Of a stretch of DNA of 64,000 nucleotides, positions 26,301 through 39,354 are shown piece by piece; positions within the stretch are counted from its first letter, which is position 1, and the number at the start of each line of letters is the position of its first letter. This DNA comes from Macrostomum lignano (lineage: Eukaryota). The position numbers were made by a program, and so were the translations under genes. The stretch spans positions 88,341 through 152,340 of the forward strand of contig NIVC01002655.1 of the NCBI GenBank assembly GCA_002269645.1. Direction: 5' to 3'. Under the pieces are notes generated by a model. The model had not been told where the DNA came from. It ran no database searches and was given only the letters and a program-made list of their open reading frames with translations.

Positions 26301-27119
26301 GGTCCAGTTTTGCACATGTTTCTCTGTAGCTTGGTTACAAGGATTCTAATAAAAATATAATAAATATGTCCAATGAACTAACTGATACATAGCCAAATTG
26401 AAGTATTTTCAAAACAAAAAAAATCATTTGCTCAGTTTACTTTACTGGATATCTGTGTAAAATTTCAGCTCAAAAGGTGCTCCATGGAGAATGCTAGTGT
26501 GGTTACAGGATATTTATTTTGTGCTTCAAAGTAGGAGTTTATTGCGATGCATGGTTGCTTTTAATTATTTTTATCAACAATAGTGCTCTATTTCATAACA
26601 ATTTTTTACAAAAAGATAATAAGACATGTTTTTCTAATTATCTGCATCAAAATGTATCATTTTAAGCGCACATTCTAGACGTCAGCTGAAAAATACATTT
26701 TGTGAGATGAGAAGAGGCTATCCCACCGGAAATGCTAGGCGTACAGTTAAGCGTCTATAAAATAATTTATAGTGCAGTTTATTAAGCTTTAAAAAAATCT
26801 TAAATTAAATTTATATAAGCTTTCATTTTAAATGTAATATAGCAAGGTTTCAACACAACAACAACTTTTTTTAGCTACAGACATCTTGTAGTATCAAAAA
26901 TTAACATCGGTGAAATGATTGAATTTGAATTTTTTCATCGCTAATTATCGCTTAATACCGCCAGATGATTAAAAACACTTTTGCATGATAAAGTTCAACC
27001 CAAAAGTTATCTTTATTCACAGATAAAAGTGTCCTATTATTTTAAATATGGCAGTAACAATAGTAAATGTTCGGAAAATTGTTAAAATTTTTGCTCCTCC
27101 TAGAATTTGCGAACGACCC
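23324..27119. mobile_element. 3796-bp TIR DNA transposon, Sola2-like, apparently non-autonomous
   Basis: Left end GGGTCGTTCTCAAAGCTAGG; right end CCTAGAATTTGCGAACGACCC (inverse GGGTCGTTCGCAAATTCTAGG); 4-bp TSD ACCT at 23320-23323 and 27120-27123. GRG termini with a 4-bp TSD are the described Sola2 signature. AT-rich interior with no intact transposase ORF. Confidence 0.8.
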
Positions 27120-27123
27120 ACCT

Positions 27124-30100
27124 CAGCGGTGAAGCTTTGAAGGTTATAGAACATCTAGGACACTCTGCTGCGGCATATGAAGCTGCAAAAGAGAGATTAG
27201 AGAGAGAATTTGGTGGACAGCGTAGGCAACTTGCTCTGCACTTGGAAGAGCTGGACAGCTTCCCGATCGTGCGAAATGGAAACGCCAAGGATCTGAAAAG
27301 CTTTGCTAATCTACTGGATGTGGCTGTCGTTAACCTTGAGGATGCGGGTAAAGAGGCAGAGCTTCAAGATGGGATGTTGTATGTGAGGCTGCAGAAAAAG
27401 TTGCCTGAGCAGATGGTTGCCAGCTACCGGAGGTGGATCTTTGAGCAGCGGAAGCCGGAGAGTGTTAGAAATCTGAGAATTTGGGTGCTGCAAGAAGCAG
27501 AGTTTCAGACTGAAGCGTCAGAGATTGTGCAGGGCGTTGCCACCATGCAGCAGGAGCGTCAAAAGCGAGAGCAGCGACCAAAGACTTTCGTTACTACGGA
27601 CAGTGACAAGAAGGTACAGCGAAAGATTTGCATTGTTTGTCAAGGTGATCACGAGCTGTGGTCCTGCAGTGAGTTCAAGGAGCTTCCGGTGGAAAAACGC
27701 TGGGACGCGGCGCAGAGCTCGAAGTGTTGTTTCCGGTGCTTGGGCCAAGGACATCTTGGTAGCCAATGTCGGCGTGGTCGTCGGTGCGGCATCAGCAGCT
27801 GCACAAAGTTCCATCATCGCCTGCTTCATGCAGAAAAAGTGTTGGCCAAGTCTGGTGAAGCGAAGCAGACTGCATCCAAGGACGCTAAATCCGCTTCCAG
27901 TTCAGGAAAGACTGGACCGGTGACGCTTCTGTCGGCTGGTGAAACGGCAATCTCGCTACGAACGGTACCTGTAGTCCTACGGAACGGGTCCCGGAAGCTG
28001 AAGGTGAATGCCTTGCTCGACGATGCCAGTACCAGGAGCTACGTCAACATCGGATAGCAGAAGCGCTTGGAGTGCATGGAGCGCTCGAAAAGGTGAAAGT
28101 CGGAGTCATCAATGGCCAAACAGAGACCTTCATGACAGCCCCAGTCTGCTTTAGCTTGGAAAGTCTGGATGGTCAGACCAGCTCAATGATCGTCGCCTTC
28201 ACCGCTGATCACGTGACTGGGTCCCTCAAAGGCGTCGACTGGCACGAAGAAGCGCAGCAGTGGCCTCATCTGAGAAATGTGCCGTTTCCGAAGCTGTGTG
28301 AGCCTGCAGTAGTGGACTTGCTGATTGGTGCTGATCACCCGGATCTTCACGTGTCTCTCAAAGAAATCGTCGGACAGCCGCTGGAGCCAAAGGCGCGCCT
28401 GACTCCCCTGGGTTGGACGTGCATCGGTCGCACAGAGCAGGACAATTCTGAGATGCAGAACGCCCATTTTGCTGCCACTTTCTTCAGCTGCGATTCCGAA
28501 TCTGGTCAGGTGGCTAAGATCCTGCGGCAGTTTTGGGAGATCGAGAACGTCTCAGAAGGTGCCAATCGAAGTCCGCTGACCGCCGATGAGGAGAGAGCCG
28601 TCCAGCAAGCCAAGTCGTCGCTAAAGTACACGAAGGGCCGTTACCAGATCGGGATTCCATGGAAAAAGGATCGGCTGGCTCCAGCAGGCACTTTCTCAAT
28701 GGCCTTGAAGCGACTAAAGAACACCGAACAGCGGCTGATTAAGGATATGAACGTCTGCAAGCAGTATCAGGAGATCCTTGAAAAGTATGAACAGCAAGGT
28801 TATATCCGAAAAGTGTCGCAAGCTGAGACTGAAGGCCGCTGTTTCCTGCCGCACTTCCCAGTGCTGCGGCCAGACAAGGCTACGACAAAAGTGCGAATAG
28901 TCTTTGATGCATCGGCTGCCAGATTGAACGACCAGATCCTCCAGGGCCCCAAACTGCAGAGGGATTTGGTTGACGTGCTGCTTCGGTTCCGCCGACACCC
29001 GATTGCGATCGCATGCGACGTAGCGGAAATGTATCTCCAGATCGAGATGGACCCGAAGGACAGGCCGCTGCACAGTTTCCTTTGGCGGGACGCCGATCCT
29101 TCAAAGCAGCCGGATGTCTACGAGTTCAACAGAGTGGTGTTCGGCGTCACCAGCTCTCCGTTCTTGGCACAGTTCGTTACCCGCTGCCATGCTGAAAAGT
29201 CAAAAGGTGAGCTTCCAGAGGCGGCCGAGACAGTACTGCACTCTACCTATATGGATGACAGCCTGGACTCTGCGCCCACCGAGGCAGCCGCCTGCAGGCT
29301 GTACGATCAACTCAGTGAGCTCTGGAGGCGCGCCGGCATGCACGCGCGCAAGTGGGTCTCGAACTCGAGAGCTGTGCTCGATAGAATCCCACCTGAAGAC
29401 CGTGCAGCCGAAGTTACCTTGGACAGCAAAGAACTACCAAGCACCAAGACACTGGGTGTCACGTGGCAGAGTGAGCAGGACGAATTTACCTTTAAAGATG
29501 AAAACGAGTCGCGTCAGGTGACCACAAAAAGAGGTCTGCTGAAGAAGCTAGCGAGCGTCTTTGATCCACTTGGACTGATCTCTCCATTTGTCGTGCAGGC
29601 GAAGATTCTGATGCAGGAGCTTTGGCAGACAGGTCTTGATTGGGATGAACCGCTGAATGCAGAACTTAGTGCAAAAGTGAGCGCCTGGTGCATTGACCTG
29701 AAGCATTTAAGCGAGATTCGGCTTTCCAGGGCGCTTGAAGGAGAAAATTCCCTGTCGGGTAGTGTGCACGTGTTCGTTGACGCATCCGAGAAAGCTTACG
29801 GAGCTGTATGCTACTGGAGAAGTGAAACGGCAACTGACAGTGAACGTTCCGTTCGACTTATCATCTCGAAGACTCGAGTAGCTCCAATCACAACCATGAG
29901 TACACCGAGGTTGGAGCTGATGGCAGCAGTTCTGGGAGTCCAACTCGCAAGCAAAGTCGCGCAGTCATTGCAAGTGCCGCTTCGTGACGCAGTTTTTTGG
30001 TCTGACAGCTTAAACGTGTTGTACTGGATTCGTGGCCGAGGAAAAATGTTCAAGCCGTTTGTCTCTTCTCGAGTGGGCGAGATCCAAGCTTCAACAGAGC

Positions 30101-31830
30101 CGAACCAGTGGAGATATGTTTCGACGGAAAAGAATCCAGCAGATCTGCTCTCTCGAGGACTATCGATCAAGGCAGTGGCGGCTAGCCAGTTGTGGTGGCA
30201 TGGACCTCAGTTTCTCTTAGAAGAGGCAGAGAATTGGCCAAAGAACAAAGTGCAGGTTCCTGAGCAGGTGGAAGAGAGACGCAGATGCGAGGATCAGTCG
30301 CCGGCCGGTGAGAGCCAGAGAACGTATGTCACCGATGTGCTAGAGCGCAATCATCGACTGGAGCCAGAGCGCTTCTCCAGCTGGATCAGAGCTGTCCGTG
30401 TTCACGCTTGGGTGGCCAGGTTCGCTAACAACTGCCGTTTGATGAAGGAGCACCGAGATACTGGCGAGCTATCACCAGCAGAGATTGAAGCAGCTGAATC
30501 GAAGATCATCCAGAGAGCCCAGCAAGAAACGTTTGCGGAAGAGATCGCTTGTCTGCGAGCAGGAAAGCAGTTGCCGGGACGCAGTGTGATTTCTAACTTG
30601 AACCCGAAGCTCGACGTCAACGACCTGCTTCGCGCTGATGGGAGACTAAAGTTCGCCGATGTGCTACCGTTTAGCACTCGATTTCCTATCATTCTGCCAC
30701 GATCACACCGCGTGACGGAGCTCATCGTGAAGCATCACCACGAAAGTGTCCAACATCTAGGCACAAACCAAACTCTGGTGGCACTGTCAAACCGATTTTG
30801 GATCGTCTCGGCCAGAGAAGCCATTAAGTCTTGGGAAGCAAAGTGCGCCGAATGTCGCCGACGGAAAGCCAGACCAGCCAGCCAGATTATGGCCCCCTTG
30901 CCCGCTTGCCGATTCAAGGAGCCGCTTCGTGCCTTCGCTCGTGTCGCTGTCGACTTTGCCGGTCCATTCATCACTAAGCAGGGCCGTGGCAAGGCTCGGC
31001 AGAAAAGGTACCTGGCATTGTTCACCTGCTTGGCAACGCGAGCTGTACATCTGGAAGTGGCATTCGGCATGGATACCGATTCCTTCCTACGGACTCTACA
31101 GCGGATGATCAGTCGACGAGGCCAACCGATCGAGCTGTTCTCGGACAACGGCACGAACTTCGTCGGTGCGGCGCGCGAGCTTCGAGAACTAGTCGACGTC
31201 TTGGATACCCAGAAGCTTCAACAGCGAACGGCTTCTCAGCAGTTGCGATGGCATTTCAACCCGCCCGCTGCGCCGCACTTCGGTGGGGTGCACGAAATCA
31301 TGATCAAAGCAGCGAAGAAGGCAATCTGGGCAATTCTGAAGGAGGCGGACGTCACGGATGAGGAGCTGCTAAGCGCGTTTGCTGGAGCGGAGGCACTTCT
31401 GAATTCAAGGCCGTTGACGTACCAGACGGCGCATCCGAGTGATGATGTGCCGCTGACGCCGAATCACTTCCTCATCGGGCAAGTCGGCGGGAAGTTTGCA
31501 CCGGAGGTCGACGCTGCCATCGCCCGCAGTCCTTCAAGAAGATGGCGTCACGTCCAGCAGCTGGTGTCGCAGATCTGGCGCCGGTGGTTGCGCGAGTGGC
31601 TGCCGGGACTCGCACCGCGGAGCAAGTGGCGCCGCGAGCTGCCTGACCTACAACCTGGAGACGTGGCGCTGCTGGTGAGCCCGGACTCGCCTCGGGGTCA
31701 CTGGCCGCTGGCTCGCGTGCTGGAGGTCATGCGCGGTTCGGACGGTCACGTGAGAGTCGCCTCAATCAGAGTCGGTGATCGCACAATGACGAGACCAATA
31801 ACAAAGTTGTGTCCAATATCTGCAGGTTAG
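27124..31830 (+). pseudogene. Remainder of BEL gag-pol with a frameshift near 28050
   Basis: ORF 27107-28057 (gag C-terminus, zinc knuckles, LLDDASTRSYVN) stops at TAG 28055-28057. IAEALGVHGALEKV... continues in another frame to 31830 with RT, RNase H and integrase motifs intact. Confidence 0.9.
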
Positions 31831-32557
31831 TTTGCGAACCTTTGCTAGAGAATTAGACTTTGTCAGGTTTCGCAATTTTTCTGATGAGTTGTTCAATTTT
31901 CCTGTTTGTTGCATTGTTCGTAAAGTCTTCTTTCCCTTTCATGCTAATAGGAATCACCCTGTTTTTGCCGTCTTAACCCAATTTTCGCTTTCAGTGTTCA
32001 ACGCGATTAACATTCATTATTTAGCTATTTATTTTCTTGCGTGAATTTTTGCTGAATAGCAGTCGTTACGGTTTAGTGAATTTGTCGGCAAGTTTGTCTT
32101 TTGCGTTTTTTGAGTTTTTTACGAGCGATGTTTGCATTATTTGAGCTCTACTTAATATTGCTTGATTTTCTGCGCTTAGAAGTACCATAGTTTATGCGCC
32201 AGTTCCGACTTTTTGATAGCCCAATGCTTACAATTGTTGTTTCAGTTTTTGTTTCAGTTGCGTTTGGTGGCGGAAGTCTGCGTTCGTGTTCAATTTTGAA
32301 ATTTTATATGATAGCTGACGTACTTCTGCAAAATTTTCGATTGTCATCTACGATCTGCGTACTTATCTTCACCTTTTGCTCTATTTTTCTACCATTCACA
32401 ATGTCGCCATCAATGTTTCATGCAACGTTGTTTTTTTGCTTTTTGAGTTCGATTTTGTATCACGCATCGTTTTCGAATATTTTCCTATTACCGTATTCGT
32501 TTTCATTGTTTCATCCCTCGAATAGTTTTTGTCATTGTTATGCCAAGGTGGGGGGTA

Positions 32558-32843
32558 TGTTTGGGAGGTAGATTAGTAGCATTGATTTTCTTTCCAATTC
32601 CACTGCGTGATTTAATGTACGTGTTTATTATTCAATTTTCTATGTACGCTGATTTAGCCCAGGCCCATCTCACCCACCCCCCTCCACGCTGGCTGATTCT
32701 GACTGACTGCAATAAATATATCATCGAGAGGGCTTATTAGCCCTGTGTACGGTTTACGCTTTTCGTTTTGTTAGCGTCTCGCTTGAGCCTCAGCTCCAAA
32801 ATAGTTATTGGCGGACCATCGGTCTTTTCATTTCTATAGTACA
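32558..32843 (+). repeat. 3' LTR (286 bp), preceded by polypurine tract AAGGTGGGGGG
   Basis: Same sequence as 22299-22584; followed by TSD GGTAG. Confidence 0.97.
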
Positions 32844-32902
32844 GGTAGTGTAGTCAGCAGTAGGCTGTATCAGCATCAGCAGTTGCAGTGCTGACAGCGC
32901 AT

Positions 32903-33667
32903 TCAGAACACGGACTGGCACTCGCAGATGTAGCTAGAACTCCAGTTGCATGGGAAGTCGTCAATCCCAGATGAGAACAAACGGTACAGAGCCGTGCAGC
33001 CAGCATATGAGAATCCAAAGTCCGGCTGACCTTCCTGCCAAAGCCCGGAGTCCACCGAGTTGCCGCAGTCTTCCCAGAACCAGCCTTTGGTCTTGGGCTC
33101 GGACGCGGCCATCTGGTGGCCTCCCAGGAAAAAGTTTTCAGTCGGTTTAACCCCAGGGCGCAGCTGCATCAAGTGGCTCACTTCAGCAGCATCCATTGCG
33201 TCAGCGAACTTCGACAGTCCCGGATCTGCTTGGCATCTCGTCTGAGCGACATCCCAGCTGACTGACTCATTCGTGACCAGCTTGTACGAGGTGCCGTGTC
33301 TCGTGTGCTCGTATCCGGACGGACACAGGCGAGCCGGAGGTACGCCGGGCAGAGACCTCACATACACAGTCACCTGATGAGTGCAGCTCGGCACAGACTG
33401 CACACGGTGACTGCACGCATCGAACAGGAACAGCTTGCACTGACAGGCTCCAGCTGTCAGCACTGAGAAGGCCTGACACTTGTCCTTCCTAGCGCAGACG
33501 TTGCTGCATTCGAGCGGAGTGCACAGACCGGACACGATGCTGGTGAAGTCGGAGCTCACGCAGTCCAGTCCGGTGGTTTGGTGGAATTTCAGCCTGGCAG
33601 CGCTGCAGGACTCGGACAGCACCGCAGAGACCAGAGCAGCGACCTGAAGCAGTTGGGGCAGAAGCAT
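32903..33667 (-). CDS. Secreted PAN/apple-like + C-type lectin protein (QPD motif), single coding exon, 254 aa
   Basis: Signal peptide MLLPQLLQVAALVSAVLS; PAN-like CSNVCARKDKCQAF; CTLD motifs SWDVAQTRC, FFLGG, WFWEDC, WQEGQPD, IDDFPC...YICEC. Confidence 0.88.
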   Translation of the reverse strand: MLLPQLLQVAALVSAVLSESCSAARLKFHQTTGLDCVSSDFTSIVSGLCTPLECSNVCARKDKCQAFSVLTAGACQCKLFLFDACSHRVQSVPSCTHQVTVYVRSLPGVPPARLCPSGYEHTRHGTSYKLVTNESVSWDVAQTRCQADPGLSKFADAMDAAEVSHLMQLRPGVKPTENFFLGGHQMAASEPKTKGWFWEDCGNSVDSGLWQEGQPDFGFSYAGCTALYRLFSSGIDDFPCNWSSSYICECQSVF

Positions 33668-34294
33668 CTTGTGAGACAGTCAGTATCTGAGGACAGCTTG
33701 AAAAGCAGAGAAGAATATTTCCAGTTCAAAGGATTTGCCTACGGCTCGGATCGGGAGCGATACAAGGAGCGAATCTGTCGATGACATTTGCTTTTATGGT
33801 GGTACATGCAACTGGCTTGCATTTCGTCTGGGGTTATGACAGCTTTTGCTGACTGCATCTATTTGACAAGAACGATCAGTAAAGCGGCACCAGTAGCTAC
33901 AGAATGTTTGTCCTACTAAAACTTTCCGAGTGAGGTGGGAATCGATGTATAATGAAACTTTGTTGGATTTGAGTGCTTGTCTGAGCTGCCAGTCTCACTC
34001 AGCAAACACGTGCTTAGATCCACTGCTCTAACGTTTTTCGATTGCAAGATTAAGCAATGCACAATGACTCGAACGCGGGTAGTTATTTGCTAAATTTTAG
34101 TGATAAGTAACGCCAAACCGAAAACAAAATTTCTACTGCAGCTACGCCAGTATTTTATCTGGGCCATGAATGATTTCACTGCAATTTGGAAGCATTTTTT
34201 TATGCTTAGAACTCTGCGCTTCTCTCTCACTGTCTCTCTCTCTCTCCCTCCCTCCTCTCCTTCCTCTTCTCCTAACCTCTCTCTCTCTCTTGCA

Positions 34295-34710
34295 CTCTCA
34301 CTGCCTGCAAAACATCCCGACGAAGGCCGGTCTCGAGTGCGTGCGGAGGGCGTTCGCCGTTCAGGGAGCACCCGGACAGCTGGCGCCCGGACGCCAGCCT
34401 GCTCTGCCTGCTCAAGCTGAACCTGGAGCGCAACGACTTCGAGTTCGACGGCAGATACTTCCTGCAGGTGAAAGGCACTGCCATTCGGAAATCGTTCGCG
34501 CCCAGCTACAGCAACATCTACATGGGCTAATGGGAGCAGAGAGGCCTGGAGACCAGCCCGCAGAAGCCCAGCCTGTGGCTCCGCTACATCGACGATGTCT
34601 TTGGAGTGTGGCGCTGAACTGAGGCGGAGCTGGTCCGGTTCCACCAACATCTGGACGCCCTCGATCGGAACATCCGGCTTCAACTGTGCTACAGCTGCAC
34701 AGAGGTCAGC
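34295..34710 (+). pseudogene. Penelope-like element reverse transcriptase relic
   Basis: NIPTKAGLECVRRAF, then after a frameshift LLKLNLERNDFEFDGRYFLQVKGTAIRKSFAPSYSNIYMG*WEQ...WLRYIDDVFGVWR*. Two stops and one frameshift. Confidence 0.85.
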
Positions 34711-35134
34711 TCCTCTGTGTTTTCATTGGCTTTATTTGGATGATTTTTTCTCTGCTTTTTTATTTAAAGGTTTTTTCTGACACCGTGTATGGTGCACCTG
34801 CACTCTTTACTCAGCATTAACTAACTTTTTATTTACCTTGCCTACTTTGCTTTTCTCAATCGTTATCTTACACTTAAAGGTCGTACAGGCCAGCTTGTAA
34901 TATTTTAGCCACCCTATCTGCATTTCTCAGAGTCTCTGACTCGTTTTAATGTACTGGCCATGCGTGCTGGTTTATGCGCTTGTGCCCTCTCCTTTGTCGA
35001 TTTTCCCTCCCTGACGTTATCGCCTTAACATATTGACAGCAATTCGCGCCAAATAAAATTTACTCGCATTCTGCACTGACGAAGAGTAAACTTACTGGAA
35101 ATATCGACAACAATAACTCTATTGCTTCCCTGCC

Positions 35135-35600
<466 letters not shown>

Positions 35601-35889
35601 CACTCTCTCTCTCCCATAGTCTCTCGCACTGTCTCTCTCTCGGCCCAGAATGCGCATCTGGGCTATCAGTTCTCTAACTTGTCCACTGAATAGGCAGCCA
35701 GTTTTCACAGCGGCTTGTGAAAATTAAGTTAAACAACGAAAACCAGTGTGTACTCACTGTTGAGCAGTTTAGCTGAATGATTGAGCTGGCAGAGTAAGGG
35801 GGAGGGACGCACGGTGAGAACAGTAGCCATGGCTGCTGCCTGACAGCCACCCCATCCTCCGCAGTAGCGAGTAGCAGTCCTTAATAAGC

Positions 35890-38455
35890 ATGCTAGAATT
35901 TACGAGTACAGAGTTTAGTCAGGCGGCAGACCCGACCTTCTCTACTATGGCCGCTGTAGTCGAAGGTCGCCAGGACTCAATCGGCTCGCTGACAATGACT
36001 CACCGCCTGCTCACGCAGCCTGTTGACTACTCAGGCCCAGCAGCCGGCATCAGGTTCAGTGCCGCCAGGAATACTCGAGCCCTTGCTGACTGGAGCTCGC
36101 CAACGTCGATGAAGGAGTCTGGAAAGGCCGAGTCGGCTCAGCAGCTGGCCTTGCCGCCTCATCTGCGGCTGCACCCGGACAGGGCCAGGACCTTCTGCCT
36201 GCCGGACGGGTGGACGAGTGAAGCCCAACTGGACGAAGATTTGAGCCGGCTGCACACGGCCACGGCAAGACCGAATCGGGGGAAGGTGAGGGGGGAGGAG
36301 GGGAAGGAAGACAGGGAATGAAGACAGGGGAATGAAGACAGGGGAATGAAGACAGGGGAATGAAGACAGGGGAATGAAGACAGGGGAATGAAGACAGGGG
36401 AATGAAGACAGGGGAATGAAGACAGGGGAATGAAGACAGGGGAATTAAGACAGGGGAATTAAGACAGGGGAATGAAGACAGGGGAATGAAGACAGGGGAA
36501 TGAAGACAGGGGAATCAAGACAGGGGGAATAAAGACAGGGGAATTAAGACAGGGAAATCACGACGTGGAAAAGATAAAGAATGGCTGTGTTTTGCTTCCA
36601 CATTGCATCCTTGCATCACAGGCTTCAAACCAGTGGAGTTTTGCGGTATGCCGATCATCGACAACTGTAGAGCCGACAAAGACAAACAGAACTAAACGGT
36701 CAAACCAAAGGCGAACAAAGACTAGCGAACCGGTTCAGGTAATCACCCGTTTCGGGGACAGCCAGCTGCCGCCGCCGCCTGCGCCTCAGCTAACGGGCAG
36801 CGACAAAGACATCATAGACGGCCAGCATCGACAGAACAAAGACTTGTTTGTAGAGAAGCCGCGAGCCGGTCGCGCAGTGATTTCAACAGTTGAGTCCCGT
36901 GAGGCCTTTAGGGAGGTGCCGGAGTCGTACTTCACCATGACGCCCAACCGCACAGGAGGGGTGGCGGTGCGTCAGGTAAGCGCCGGCGCCAGACTGGCGC
37001 TAGTCGGGCGCAACGGATTTCCCGCCACAGCGCCGCCAGCTGCAGCGGATGCGGAGCCTGAGCTGGCTGGCAGATTGGTCAGACCAAATCTATGCTGGAC
37101 AGCTGAGCTGGCGGATCCTTCGGCTGTGAGTGCTGCTTTATTAATTTCGGAATTGATAGCATATGAGAGTAGAGAGAGGAGATGCTAGAGTAGAGAAGAG
37201 AGAGGGTGAGAGTAGACGGGGGAATGGGAGTGAGTAGAGAGGAGACAGGGGAGAGTAGAGAGGGGAGAGGGTGAGAGTAGAGAGGGGAGATGGTAGAGTA
37301 GAGAGGGGAGATGGTAGAGTAGAGAGTAGAGATGAGAGAGAGTAGCGATGGGGAGGGTGAGAGTACAGGGGAGAGATGGTAGAGAAGAGAGGGGGCGGGA
37401 GAGAGGGGAGAGGGTGAGAGGGGCAAAGAAATAGGTGCCGTGAAGAGAGCAGAGTTCACGCGTTGCAGTAGTGGCTCGTAGATGCATACAGCCAGAGCGC
37501 CACAACCCCGCACTGCTCCCAGACAGTGCTCACCGGAGCACAGCCCAGCTCCAAAGAGGCGGCAGCCGCGGCTGCCCAAGCCGCCGACCTCGAAGCGCAG
37601 CGCCGCAGCCGTCAAATTGTCGAGTTCGATCACGCAGGCGAGGGCGCGCTGCCGTCAGCTAGGGAGGCCGCCATTCTCAGCCGACTCCGCGCTCGCTCGT
37701 CTGTCCAACAGAAACAACAGCAGCAGCAGCAGCAGCAGCAACAGCAACAGCAGCAACAGCCACTGAGACGAGAGCTGACGGCTTCGGACTACGCCTCGCT
37801 CGTCCCCATTGCTGAGTCGCTGGACTCTCTACGCAGGTCGAACACGCAGCCAGAGTGGGACGCCGTTCAGGAGCCGTCGAAGTCAAGGACAGCAAAAGCC
37901 GTGACCAGCTCAAAGCCAACGGAGATCAGGCGGGGGAGCCGCCCGCGGCGAGCCGCTCCGCCGCTGCTGGCTCGCCCGGTACCGGCGGCCGCCACTTTCT
38001 CGCCGCGTCGAGATCAGGAGGCGGACACCAGCCTGGTCGTGTCCACCCTGACCGCGCCGACGGTGCGCGAAGAAGCTTCGCAGTCGGCGTCCGCGGTGGC
38101 CGCTGGGGTCCGGCGGGTCACCACCGGGCGGGCCCTCTCGTCGTCGTCGTCGACAAATCGACGCCAGATTGTCGGTGGCGGCGAAGGCTACTTGTCCATC
38201 GTGAGCTCGGTGAATCCCGGCCGCCTCTGGTCCACCGGCGGCGTCGTTCTTCCGGCTCAGCAGGCGCCGCTGCCGCCGACGCAGCCACGGCCGCCGCCTC
38301 CTCCGGTCTCGTCGGCGCCGCTGCCGTCAACGCCGAGGGAGGAGGCGGCGCCGCTGCCAGAGCTGAGCGCAGCCTCCACTGTGTCGCTGACCTCAACGAA
38401 GAACTCCGACTGCGTCAAGGAGATGGCAGTGGTGAAGATTCCCAGAGCCGACTGA
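35890..38455 (+). CDS. Low-complexity protein of unknown function (poly-Q, Pro/Ala-rich); putative exons 35890(or 35947)-36285, 36622-37125, 37523-38455
   Basis: Three GC-rich ORFs joined by phase-0 GT-AG introns, each filled with purine-rich repeats. No recognisable domain. An alternative donor CAG|GTAAGC lies near 36977. Confidence 0.55.
36316..36553. repeat. 14-bp intronic minisatellite
   Basis: Unit GAAGACAGGGGAAT, about 16 copies. Confidence 0.92.
37170..37420. repeat. Degenerate AG-rich intronic repeat
   Basis: GAGAGTAGAGAGGGG-type units. Confidence 0.75.
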
Positions 38456-39354
38456 CAATAAAACGGTTGGAATGCGCAAAACACGCTACTGAACCTGCTG
38501 AGTAGTTTTGCCAAATCTACTCCTTGATCATTTTCGTCGATTTGCTCCGTTGCTTCGGCGCAAATGAATGTTTTGTTTTAATGATCATGCTTATCTCCGA
38601 GTCCCTGATGCTAAGTTTTATGTTTTAGTATATCGGAGCCTTGAACAAAGTTTGAATTTTTAGACCATTGCAGCACTAGGTTACAGACTACTAACTGCAG
38701 AGATCAGGAAGGGTGCCGCAGACCCTGTGTTACACGCAGCCTGGCTCAAATCAAGGCGAGACCATCTGGTAATTTAAATATTTTCTCCATTAAAAGCCAA
38801 TTTGTTCATAAATGACACCTGCTCATCTAAGCTCTCTTTAATCCAGAAACTTCTAGTTTTTGTCCTTCCAACCTGAGGAGAAGGCTGTTCTCAGGAAATT
38901 CTGAAAGTCCAATCAGTACTTTTGCCTGTCTCAACGCGTCCTGAGCTCAGCTGAAATCTGCGAGCTCTTAAGTGCCTGACAATCAGCTCTCCAGCAGCTC
39001 ATTCATCTGTGCTGACAGCAGCTGGGGACCAGTTAATTTGTAAATCGATCAAAAAATCTGAAATCTGAAACAATTTGCGATGCATATTCGAGTAGACAGC
39101 AACAACTGCACGCTGACAGGGCCACAGAGCTTTGTACTCAGCATGATGTAACTAACATATTGACGTAGCAATATTCTCGGAGGAAGAGAATAAAGTAACT
39201 ATAGACTAATTAAGACAGTTTCGGAGTTTCGGCTGCATCAATAGGTTGAGCAGTATTTAGGGTTTAAGGTGTAGCTAAGATGTGGCGCTGGTGTGTTAAG
39301 GCAGCTTAAGGTGGCGCATCGTGAATCAGTGTAAGCATCATCATGCAAATAAGT

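Larger units (their letters stand above)
22299..32843 (+). mobile_element. Full-length BEL/Pao LTR retrotransposon
   Basis: TG...CA LTRs 22299-22584 and 32558-32843; TSD GGTAG at 22294-22298 and 32844-32848; PBS and PPT present. Domain order: gag (IPTFSG, C-x2-C knuckles) - protease LLDDAS - RT YMDD - RNase H FVDAS - integrase (HHES...CAEC, VDFAG, FSDNGTNF). Confidence 0.97.

Noticed and set aside
23324-27119. Idea that the Sola-like insert is spliced out to restore gag
   Set aside because: A good acceptor exists at 27103, but the nearby donors give the wrong phase or include the TAG at 23340-23342.
31832-32571. env-like ORF after pol
   Set aside because: Short T-rich ORFs (F/S/L-rich by composition) with no signal peptide, furin site or fusion-protein features; treated as 3' UTR.
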